Below, one piece after another: positions 1 to 10,729 of a DNA stretch of 64,000 nt. The DNA comes from Paragordius varius. Its lineage: Eukaryota; Animalia; Nematomorpha. The position numbers and the translations under genes are program-made. Location of the stretch: NCBI GenBank assembly GCA_964247055.1, contig OZ176058.1, positions 2,976,001 to 3,040,000 of the forward strand, given 5' to 3'. How positions within the stretch are numbered: the first letter of the stretch is position 1; every line of letters starts with the position of its first letter. Under the pieces are notes generated by a model that was not told where the DNA came from, ran no database searches, and worked only from the letters and a program-made list of their open reading frames with translations.

Positions 1-565
1 TATAACCCCTAAAGGATTTGAGATATACTGATGAATAATGGATTATACTTTTATTTTAATTGCTGAATATTGTATAAATGCTGGATTACCCTATTGGCTC
101 CAGTATTTAAGATATTCTGATGGATATTGGATTATACATTTTATATCTTCTTATATATTGCTGAATATTTACATAAATGCTAGACCACTATTGGCTTTAG
201 TATTTGAGATATTCTGATATTGGATAATACATCTCATATCATCTTATATATTTCTAGATATTTAGAAAAAAGCTAGATGACCATTATTCTTTAGTATTAC
301 AATATTCTGATGAAAATTAATTATACATCTCATAAATTCCTTTATATTGCTGGATATTTATAAAAATATTTATTGGGTTTAGTATTTGAGATATTCTGAT
401 ATATTAGGAGAAAATCTTTTATATCTTTTTTGCAGGATATTTGGATAAATGATAGATAATCATTCTCTAGTTGATATTCTGAAAATAATGGATTATACTT
501 TTTATATCTTCTTATATATTGTTGAATATTAAGATAAATAGATGAACTTATTGACTATAGTAATT
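1..565. repeat. Degenerate tandem repeat, about 6 units of 83-97 bp
   Basis: Motif GATATTCTGA...GGAT(T/A)ATAC...TATATTGCTG(A/G)ATATTT recurs at about 22, 111, 208, 301, 390 and 473; may continue beyond the window start. Confidence 0.8.
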
Positions 566-1089
566 GACAGACTATAGATAAAAACACTTAAGTATTTCTT
601 TTGTACATACTTTTGCAAGGACCATAAATTTAAGCTTATTAAAATATATTAATTATACTAAACATGAAAAGAAACAAATATTTTGATCGATAGAAAATTG
701 TATTAGATTTCTATTTAGGCCCTATTAGCGATTTAAAAAATTTATTTTGATTTTTAAAAGTTGGTCCATATCGAAAATTACACATTTATGCTAATAATAA
801 TATTTTGGTGAAAGTTAAATGCTTCATTCCAACAAATATTATAGTACATTGTAATGGTAAATAACGGATTGGTTATGTTTTGTAATAACAGTTGTTAAAA
901 TCCGTAATATAACGATAAAGGATAATAAAATTAAATGAAAGTATAAATGAAAATTATAAATGATATGTGAAACCCTTTCGTCAATAGTAATCGCAGTCAA
1001 TCTAAACGTTTTCTCAATCAATCGAAACATTTTAACATATCTAGTTTATATAAAAAAATGTAATCCAAACTTAAAATTTCAAATTTAAT

Positions 1090-1399
1090 CTTATGTCGAA
1101 TCCCCCTATAAAAAATTACTCATAATTTGAGTTTTACAAGCCAAAAACATTAATAATTTGCATACTTTATTTATAATTTTCGTGATAATTTATTACTATA
1201 AAAGACAATTTTATTACAGTCGAAATGAAATAAATAATCTAAATTTTATGATATTTTCTTAAACATTTGTTAACTACTGTAAATCATAAAAGTAATATTT
1301 ATGCCAAAAATTAATAATAACAATTATAAGTTAATTTGTCTCAAAACCCCAAATTATAAACAGAGCGTTTAAAAGATTATAAGGGGAATCCGACATAAG
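1090..1399. mobile_element. Small MITE-like element with about 22-bp terminal inverted repeats
   Basis: CTTATGTCGAATCCCCCTATA at 1090 vs TATAAGGGGAATCCGACATAAG ending at 1399; no clean TSD. Confidence 0.5.
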
Positions 1400-1695
1400 G
1401 TAGATGAAATGTCTCAGGTTTTCGAGGTGTAAATGGATTAAGCATAATCCAACTCCATAAGACTAAATCTTTTTAATGATTGCGCATATTGGAATTAAAA
1501 TAATAGTATCCTCTAAATTGATCTGTCAAAAAAACACATTAAATTTATATCTTGGACTTTGGGAATATGTTTTCGAGGTGTAAATCATATAAACTCTGTC
1601 ATTGCAATATCAGTTATAATCAATTTCCATTTATTAAATAATATAAGATATATTTATATTTTCAGACATGTCATATTATATCATATCTCCTAATA

Positions 1696-1951
1696 CTAAT
1701 CCATTCCCAGTAATAAAGTTTCAGCACCCTTGAGTATAGCGTAGCGGAAAAGCATAGAAAAAGCTAGACATCCCACACCCCTATAAGCTGTACCCAAAAT
1801 TTCAAAAATATTCTTATTGTTTGTGTTTCCAACTTCGGAATTTATATAGTTTAGGCCATTTAATGTAGCAAAGTTATCTTTTGTGTTATTGTTTGGCGTT
1901 TGGAAATAATCATAATTTTGCAGTTTTGGATTAACGGATTCTCCGAAATAT
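1696..1951 (-). CDS. SLC25A46: SLC25A46 exon 10 (last coding exon)
   Basis: cacag acceptor; (G)YFGESVNPK...GTAYRGVGCLAFSMLFRYAILKGAETLLLGMD*; phase 2 matches exon 9. Confidence 0.8.
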
Positions 1952-4900
1952 CTGTGATAAATTGTTAGATATAATGCTATACAGTAAAAATTAAAAAATT
2001 TGTTTTTTTAAAGACAATTATACTTATCATTTAATTAAATTGTAAATACCACTGATATAAATGGTTAATAATTTTCATGATTTTTGGTTTATAAGGTAAA
2101 CTTTGATTATGTATGTTTAAAATATTGCATTATTACATTTAAAGTAATAAGAAAATAATTTTTTTATAAAAAGAAATTGCCAATATTAATATTTTTTCGC
2201 TTAATGAAAATTTTTTTTATACATTTAAAACAAAAACTCATATTTATTAAAACTATCTATTGTATTTTTTGTCATAAAAAATTAAAAAATTTTAAGCATT
2301 TTTGTATATAAAATTAAACCCTATATCAAATCGTTAAATCATCTTAAATATCAATTTTATAACAAAATATTATTAAAACTCTTAAAAACTTTTAACTATA
2401 CCATAAATATGTTTCCATTATTCCTAAAAAATAGATATAAGAATTTCATATGTTTATAAAACTAACCCTCTATTGTCATTATAATTGCTCCCAGATTGAA
2501 GAGTTTCTTTGTTACCAGATTTGGAGTCAAGAAAGTCATGTTCGAAACCCCCAAACCTTTCAGGATTATCAAAATTTTTGGAAAAACTGTCATTGTAATT
2601 TAGATTTTTTTCCAATAAACTAGTATGGCGTTTAGCGACAGAAACCCCAGAAAAGGGTAATACTGAAAGACCACTGTTTAAATCATCAATTAAAGTTATG
2701 CGGTCCGTATAATGTGAAATATTGCTATTATGTAAAATGTTCATGACCGTTAAATTACACCAAGCTGTTAGCGGATAGCAAAAAAAATCCGCTAAAGACC
2801 GACCTGCAAAATTTGCCGCTATAGCGGTAAGATAGGACCGACGGATAACATAGCGATTGGTGTCTAAAATAGAAAAGGTTTTGGATATGTATAATAAAAT
2901 CAATAGATATAAAACAAAAGAATGCAATAAAACCAAAAAAAATAAATTTCTAATGGACAAAAAAAATAATATCGAAAATAATAAAGATTATAGCAATTGG
3001 TAACCAAAATTGAAAAGTGGTAGTAATTGATAAAGTATTGTTTGATGTTTGGGAAAATGCAAAAAATGAAATAAAATCATAAAATAAATAATTATCAAAA
3101 ATAAGAATAAAAACTGAATTTATACGGACAAACCGTAAAAACTCAAAAAATATTTCTGTAAAACACTATATTTTAAACCTTTTTTTTAAATATAACCTAT
3201 GGTTAAGGGCTGCAAAATATCGAATAGAGGTGTTGCTAATAAATTCATTTCATATTTAGTAATATAATGTTTATCGTCTTTTAGTTTTACGTTTTGTCCG
3301 TATATAAATAATTTTTATTGTATGTAGTTAAAGAATCAGTTTTTACCAATTTTATTTTTAGTTTCTGATTTAAATTATATAATTAACTCTTCTATATAAC
3401 CAAAATTAATTATTAAAGATAATTTGTTTTTTTAATTAAAGGGATTTTTAGGTTAAGAATTAATTTCATAGGTAAATTTCTGCTTATTATCGAATTATAA
3501 CATAATTTTCATTATATATTTTAACAAATTTTCTATATTATATAAAAATTAAATTATGATTATATGGCTCCTTATCAAGGCTCTCCAAAATACCGAAAAA
3601 CCTTAACTTTAAACATAAGATGTATGGTCAAATTTAACAGAAAATAAGTGCATAATAATCAGCAAATGATTAGTTATAAGGTATAACTTAAAATTATTAA
3701 AAATAACAATGTTTCTGACTTTTTAATTTTGTTAATAATAAAATCTAACAGAAAAAATGTAGAAATATAAACAAATATTTTTTTCTAAAAGACCGCTATA
3801 CTTTTTTAACTTAATTATAGTGAATCCAATTTTTTTAAATGCAAAGTATAAAAAAGATGTAAATTGATAACAAAATAAATATATATTTTAGAAATTTGTT
3901 AACTAGTTTATATAATAAAAAAAGTTTAAATATGGTTGTATGCTGGACATATTTATCTTTTGGTTTTTAAGTTTGGGCTTTATAATTTCAATTTTTCTGT
4001 ATTTTTAGATTACTAACCAGTCATTCGTGGTAAAACATGGATAAAATCTCCATCAATATTATACATTTTACTGGGCGAGTGCTCTCTTTCAATGGAAGCC
4101 ATGCTTTTTGTTTTATCAGTCTACCAAAATAAAGTAAAATATTATATGTAAAAGCATATATATATTAAAAAATAAGTAAAAATTCAAATTTTTTAATTCA
4201 TTTTTTTAACTTTTAAAAAACTAACTTTTTTCTCGTTCCTAATTGTTTGCAAAACTCAAAATAACTTTTTAAAAAACCTTTTTTTGGTTTAAGTTATGAT
4301 TATTTAGCTCAGCCACCTAATTTTTTTAAAAACAAACTAACTTTTTGGGATAAGCATAAATTAAGAAATAACTCATAAGATCGTAACCTTTTGTCGAGAC
4401 GCAAATTTTGGCCATAAATTCTGCAATTTCAAAAATTTTAAAACTTTCGAAATTGAACTTCTTCCAACATTTATTAACTTCACACTTATAAACCTCATAA
4501 CTAATTTAAAAATTACAGTAAAAAATGAAATTATACGAAAACAATGTAAAAATATAAAGACAATTTTTTTCAAAAGATGCCCTACCCTTTAAACCGGATT
4601 ATCCACAATTATGATAACACACATATAATTGGGGGTATTAACCCTTTCCTATTTTGCAACATAAAACGATAATATAAATATACTTGAAAAAATATGGTCG
4701 TCTTTTTGCTGAAGATATTTGTGTTTATTTACATTTTGATATCTACTTTTATTGTAATATTTTGTTCAAATAAAACTCACCTTTTTATCCTTAAGCTGTT
4801 CAGATTGATAAAATCTCTGGTATTTGGAGCGCAAATTTTGGCGCTCTTTTTCGATCCGGTCCAAAATGGCGGCGATAAGTGTCGTAAAATAGCGCGAAAC

Positions 4901-7900
4901 TAAATAATGCGCCATCATACCCGTTATAACGCACGGGAAAATTAGACAAATATTATATTTGCCAATATTATTATTTGCTGACCAGCTGATTTCTGAGGTC
5001 AAAGGGGGCGCATCTAACGCAACCGATGAGGATGATTGGATAATTAGGTCTAATATATAATGTAATTATTTTTAAATTATTTTATTATAATAAACACTTG
5101 AATTAAATTTTAAGTTAAACTTCATTACCTATATATTGTTTTGTAACGATTACAATGGGGATAGTTTGAACCCCAAAACTTAAATTTGTAAATTAACTAT
5201 TGCTTTGGTTAAAATGGGATTAAAACATACTTTCCTGCTCCTGAGTTAGATAAAAAATATATATGTAGATTTTTAGCTTAAAATTGAAATTCAAAACCAG
5301 ATTGAAACAAACGCTAATTTAAAAATTATAAATATAAAAAATTGCTGATATCGTAATTTAAAATCTCTCCAAAATAATTTATTATATTTTTTAATCATCT
5401 ATTTAAAATTAAGTCTGTTGAAACATCCAAAGAAAATGGAGACTATAAATTTAATATAAGGTTTTTTTACAATTTTTATTTATAAAAATATTTTATATGC
5501 CCCTAAATATCCAAAGACTATTTTACACTCTTAACTAGTTTAACATTTTCCAATTCAAAATCGCTCTGTGGTACAAACCAAAAAGTAATGTAGACTTAAA
5601 AATGAATCCAAAAATTATTACTTAATATGTCAAAAATTAATAAATACAAAAATTGAATATCTATTGATAATGATTATCCAACAAATAACAATAAAAAACG
5701 GTTTAAAATAAAAAAACTACTAAATAACATCAAATCTAATAATTACAAAACATAAAATATATGTTATTAAAAAAATATTTATTAGATTAAATTTTAAAAT
5801 AATTTAAAATATTTTTAACAAAAATATGTTATTATGGAAAAATTCCAAAATAATAAAAATACTGAATATGATTTCGCCAAAAATTCTATATCTATGTACT
5901 ATATCTATCATTAAAATTTTTGATAATAATAAATATTGCAAAAACATTAAGAAATATAAATTTTAAACCTAAAAATTATAATTAAATATATATTGATATA
6001 TTCTTTTTTACACTCAACAGTTAATTTAAATGACTAAACTAAATTGAAATTGTAAATGTTAAAAATGCCTGCATAAATCTTTGACATTTTATTTAGATTA
6101 AATTATAAAATATTTTATTTCAATATTAAAATATATTTGCTTTAGAGAGGATAAAATTTCAAAACAACGCCTATATGTACGGAAAAATATACATTTATGC
6201 ATATGTTTACATAATTTCAAATAAGATTATTAATTGGAAAAGTGTAATCTAAAAATTTAATTATTTTAATATCCTTGAAATTTATGTGTTACCACACAAT
6301 GTCCTAACTTTAAAATGTTTAGGGCAAATTTTATTTGCAAAACAGCTGGTAGAAAAATATAATTATTTTTGAGAGAATCGATTTGCAATTTTAAATTTTA
6401 TAAAATAATTTCTAGGGCTTAAGAGCGAGATTAATATAAAAATAATATTTAATTATTATATTTCGCTTATAATGGTATTAACTTCTTCAGAAAAAAATGA
6501 CATAAAAATTAAATAAATGAATAAAAAACTATGAATGATAAATAAAGGTTATTTCGTTAACAATATAATTAAAAAATTTACCATTGAAATTTACAGAGGG
6601 TTGAGTGTTACCACACAATTGCCCAAACGTTAAAAAATTTAAGGCAAATTTTCCAATTTGTGAAACAGCTGATAGGGAAATATATGAGACATCTTTGAAG
6701 TATTCCCACAAGCTGGCCGGATTTAAAAACGTCGAGGATGAATGAGTATTTATGGGGTTTAAAACAGCCCCAACATTATTTGTATTAGTATCCAAATGTA
6801 TAATATAACTCTAGAAATTAAATTATTAAAATATATAAAAAATAACCAGATGAATAAGTATTTATGGGTTAAAAAAACCCCAACATTATTTGTATTGGTA
6901 TCCAAATGAATGATATAACTCTAAAAAAAAATTAATTATAAATAAATTGAAATTGGAGAGAAATTAACAAAAAATCATATTATTCAAAAATGTGGAAGTT
7001 AAATAACTATTTACGGAGGTGTGCCCAGATTTTAGTAATAACCAAATGTAAAATATAACTCTAAACGAATTTAAAGAAGCTAATTTTAGAAATATGAATG
7101 TAAAAATAATAAAATAATAAATAAAAATTCATGTAAAATCGGGGATGAATTTATAGGGCTTAAAAGAGCCTCATTATTTTCCAAATTCAGGATCTAACTT
7201 CAAAAATTAACAAAGAATAAATGGAAAAATAAATATAAGAATTAAAAATTAGTTTGAAAAATAATCTATGTTAAAAATTGCACATTTAAAGCATGAATGA
7301 ATATTAATAGTTTAAAACCTTGTGATTGATGGTATCTAAATGTATGATATAATTCTAAGTAAATCAAAAAAATCAAAAATAAAAATTTTATTAAAAAGTT
7401 ATAAAATAATAAAAAAATTTGAGTTGAATAAGAATAAATAGGGGGCAGCCTCAAAATATGTATTGGTATCCAAATGTATGATATAAATTTGAAGATATCT
7501 AAATAGGAATTAAATTAAATAATTAATTTTACACTTATATACAGCACATTTATTTCAGTCCTTCGATTCAAATAGGGGTCGGGGACCCCAGGCCTGTTTT
7601 ATTTAAAGAAATCTAAAAATATGGATCAAATGAAACCATTGCAAAGGTTTGCACTTATATAACATTGATGCACCGAAATATAAAAAAATATTAATTAAAA
7701 ACTTGATACTTAGTTTATGGGGAAACCACGAGGTAAAAATTAATTTAATCAACATGACATGTGTGCATTAACTAAAAATCATGCAAAATAAACCAGTTCT
7801 ATTTAGCAATGATTGTCATTAAAAAATATTAGCTTTTTAGCGTTAAAATCAAATAAAAACGATATTTGGCAAAAAAGAGTTGCAAAATAAAAATGGCGTT

Positions 7901-10605
7901 GATGTAGTTTGATATGGAGTTTTTTAAAAAACTAATTATCATATACCATTGTACTTGAAGAGTATCCTTCATTACTTCAAGTTGGTGTTTGAACATTTCA
8001 GCTTGATTCTTTAATATTTCAAATCGGTTAAACATTTTAAGTTGATCCTTAACCATTTAAGTTGGTGCTTAAACTTTTTAAATTTAAATTAAATATAAAT
8101 GCATTTATTTTTTTTATTTTTCCTTAATTTTTTTACTTATTATATTAGTCATATAAAATTGATATTCTTCACTATAATCACTTTTTTGATTCTGTGCATT
8201 TTTTTATTTACCTTGTAAAAGTTTTAAACAAAAAATTTTGTTTAATAGACCAGACTTATATATTTTTATAATACCTCTTAAAATCTTATTTATATTAAAT
8301 TTTTTATTAAATTAATATATACTGTATGTTTATTATATTGATTTAAAATTTAGGTTAAATAAAGAGAATATGTTAAAATTGATAAACAAGATGGATATAC
8401 ACGGTTTGCTTGATAAGAGTTAAAAACAAAATAAAAAAGGAAGGACCAACTTGAAGTTTTCATAACATGAAATGTTAAAGGACCAACCTGAAAGGCAAAT
8501 GGTATATTTTGACCTATTTATATATTTATTAAATAGACGCATAAATTTCTATTAAAGCCTTTTCTTTCAGTAGTTTTTTATAAAAATATTAACTTAAATA
8601 TAATATGTTCCCCTAGATACCCCAATTTGAATCAAAGTGTTAATTTGAAACCTAATAAATAAATAATTAAATTTTAAAAATGGTGGATAGAGTTTAACAG
8701 AGCCCCACCTATGGTAATATATTATATCCGAATTTAATATAAAAAAATATCATATAATTAAAATTTAAGCAATCAATTTTATTAAATGATATTTTAACTT
8801 ATTTAATTTAGATATAAATAAATGGTATTTCGTGGGGTTAAAAGCATCCCCATTGGTATCCATATGTATATCAAAAATTGTGGTTTGGTGATATATTATA
8901 AAATATTAAAAAAATAAAAATTGAAAAAAACATTAAATAATAAAAATTGAACGGGTATCAAAAAAAATTAAAAAAATAAAAAAATTAAATATAAAAAGAC
9001 ACTAAAATAAAAAGAAATTATTTCAAAGAAATTATTTTTAAAAACTTTCAAGATTTTCCAAATTTTTGAAGAAAAATATATATACATATATTTTCAATGA
9101 ATTTTTAATAAGTATATAAACATATAAAAATATTATAAAAAATTTAAATAAAAACTTGAATTATTTGAAACATATTGGCGGCATAAAGTGGACTACAAAT
9201 ACCAAAAGTCAAAATTTTAAGCGTCAAATGCCGAAAAATTTCGCGCCAACTGGAACGGTTAAAATCGACTTCTCTGGAAAAATAAATGTAAAAAATATAA
9301 TAAAATAAAAAGTATATTTGATAACATTGAAATACATAAAAATAAACCAACAAAAAAAATAATATATTTAAAAACTTCACGAATAAGTATAAATATATAA
9401 AGTTACAAAAATTTTAATATAACCATTCGCGAAAAAAATAACAATATTTATATATCAAAAAATATTCATTTTCTAAAATTCCAATAAATTTATATTTTTA
9501 AAAATATTAAAAAAAATTACCTAGGTAAATCCAAAAAATCACTTAAAGTATTTTCTGTAACCAACATAACGCCAATAGTTATGAAAGATGTGGTTAAACC
9601 TTTCCAGGGAGCGCATAATCCCTAAAATAAAAAACATTATAATTTATTTCAAAATTAAGCTTAAATGATGCGTATTAAACGAAATCAGATCTTTAATTAA
9701 TTAAACTAAATTAAGATAAACAATATAAAAACTTTTGATAAAAATATAATTTAAAAACCGAAATTAAACCGAAAAAAGTTTTAATAAAAGCTTGCGAAGT
9801 CCATATACTGATTGTACAATATATTGAGTGAGATGAAAATTTTAAATAATTTAAATTTACCTTTTATTATATTTCATCACAAGTTTTAGGTTCTTTGAAA
9901 ATCTTTATTAAACAGCCAAAAAATTAGTCATAAAAATCGCACGCGACGTTTCGATATTATAACAAAAAAGGTTTGTCGTGATAAAAAAATATGAAATTAT
10001 TAAAAGAGATTGTTTAAAATGTTATATAAAACAATTTAAATAAAAATGTACTTGAGTTCGAATAATATTAAAAACTGGTTTCAAAATGGCAAATGGGCTG
10101 AGAAAAAAGCTATTTAAATGAATATAATCCACATGAATTTGGGTGGTCAGTGATACTATGGGATGGCATAAAATTTGTTCGGCTAATAAACTAATTAAGA
10201 TATATTAAAAATGTTACCAGCCAAATGTTGTCAGAGTTTGAACAATTTTTTCGTTTTGAGCTAAAATATTAATTAAACATAAAGAGTAATACCATCGGTT
10301 AATTCGTAATCCGTATCACGGAGTTTTTCAATTTTATCCTTAATAAAAGATGTATCAAGTGATTTCGGGGTTTTACTCAAGGATTGTTTAACGAGTGTAA
10401 AAGGCTTTTTAGATGATGTTGGTTTTTCTTCCGGTTTTTTAGAATAATAAATATCATCATCGGGTATTTCAAAATTATCTAAGCTATTAATATTATTATC
10501 GTTTGAAAATGTGAAATCTGGAAAATCGGGATATTTGATAGACATATGCATCAAATTATTTTCATTATAAAACTCGGATTCCGAATTTGGTATAGTACCA
10601 GACAT
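1696..10605 (-). CDS. SLC25A46: SLC25A46-like mitochondrial outer-membrane carrier-family protein (Ugo1-like), 10 coding exons, 655 aa
   Basis: Exons 10605-10293, 10260-10218, 10190-10052, 9621-9521, 9273-9156, 6810-6582, 5049-4781, 4120-4018, 2863-2467, 1951-1696 join through GT-AG with consistent phases into 1968 nt ending in TAG. Peptides LLAEQILCHP, FFLSPF, GLCAPWKG, LPREV...HLTLKILTF...SPLYAA, LIFPCV...HYLVS, AANFAGRSLADFFCYPL, TLIDDLNSGLSVLP and AYRG are collinear with human SLC25A46 as recalled (ENVLAHP, YHLTPF, ALWKG, LPREV...HLLLKSLTY...MPFYSA, LIFPTV...HYIIS, IANFA...LYPL, TIIDNTDLGYEVLP, FYKG). Confidence 0.88.
2467..2863 (-). CDS. SLC25A46: SLC25A46 exon 9
   Basis: ttttag acceptor, gttagt donor; (D)TNRYVIRRSYLTAIAANFAGRSLADFFCYPL...DNR(G). 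Confidence 0.88.
3119..3307. mobile_element. Short MITE of about 190 bp in SLC25A46 intron 8
   Basis: TATACGGACAAACCGTAAAAACT vs AGTTTTACGTTTTGTCCGTATA; a related right end also lies at about 40310-40335. Confidence 0.5.
4018..4120 (-). CDS. SLC25A46: SLC25A46 exon 8
   Basis: ggtag acceptor, gttagt donor; TDKTKSMASIEREHSPSKMYNIDGDFIHVLPRMT; phases 0/1 fit both neighbours. Confidence 0.75.
4781..5049 (-). CDS. SLC25A46: SLC25A46 exon 7
   Basis: attag acceptor, gtgagt donor; ...NICLIFPCVITGMMAHYLVSRYFTTLIAAILDR...KDKK. Confidence 0.85.
6272..6360 (-). repeat. Decayed partial copy of the 3' part of SLC25A46 exon 6 in intron 6
   Basis: TTGAAATTTATGTGTTACCACACAATGTCC...GGCAAATTTTATTTGCAAAACAGCTGGTAG resembles 6584-6685, with indels. 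Confidence 0.7.
6582..6810 (-). CDS. SLC25A46: SLC25A46 exon 6
   Basis: ttctag acceptor, gtaaat donor; SYIIHLDTNT...SLWEYFKD...PSVNFN; continues FQIIQ|SYII like human TVQ|SEII. Confidence 0.78.
6750..8880 (-). repeat. Degenerate array of copies of the exon-6 acceptor plus first about 55 nt, in SLC25A46 intron 5
   Basis: Unit GGGTTTAAAACAGCCCCAACATTATTTGTATTAGTATCCAAATGTATAATATAACTCTA (plus strand) recurs at about 6860, 7010, 7150, 7325, 7440, 8690 and 8830. Confidence 0.75.
7527..8643 (-). mobile_element. Old, interrupted copy of piggyBac-type MITE (family M1)
   Basis: ACACTTATATACAGCACATTTATTTCAGTCCTTCGATTC at 7531; ACCCCAATTTGAATCAAAGTGTTAA ending at 8643; about 570 bp of unrelated sequence inside. 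Confidence 0.65.
9156..9273 (-). CDS. SLC25A46: SLC25A46 exon 5
   Basis: ttccag acceptor; (R)EVDFNRSSWREIFRHLTLKILTFGICSPLYAANMFQIIQ. Confidence 0.88.
9521..9621 (-). CDS. SLC25A46: SLC25A46 exon 4
   Basis: ttttag acceptor, gtaatt donor; GLCAPWKGLTTSFITIGVMLVTENTLSDFLDLP(R). Confidence 0.88.
10052..10190 (-). CDS. SLC25A46: SLC25A46 exon 3
   Basis: (C)LLAEQILCHPIVSLTTQIHVDYIHLNSFFLSPFAILKPVFNIIRTQ; gtacat donor. Confidence 0.88.
10218..10260 (-). CDS. SLC25A46: SLC25A46 exon 2 (43 nt)
   Basis: (A)QNEKIVQTLTTFG(C); flanked by 32-nt and 27-nt GT-AG introns and restores frame between exons 1 and 3. Confidence 0.72.
10293..10605 (-). CDS. SLC25A46: SLC25A46 exon 1
   Basis: ATG at 10605; low-complexity acidic N-terminus MSGTIPNSESEF...DYELTD; gtatta donor. 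Confidence 0.75.
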
Positions 10606-10729
10606 ACTTTAGCGTACTTGATAAATATTCGTATAACTTACTCGCAAATGAAATTATGCAAATTTTATGGTACGGCAAAACTTTAAAAATTACTTTTAAA
10701 GTCGATATTGCTATAAATTAGCAAATAGG

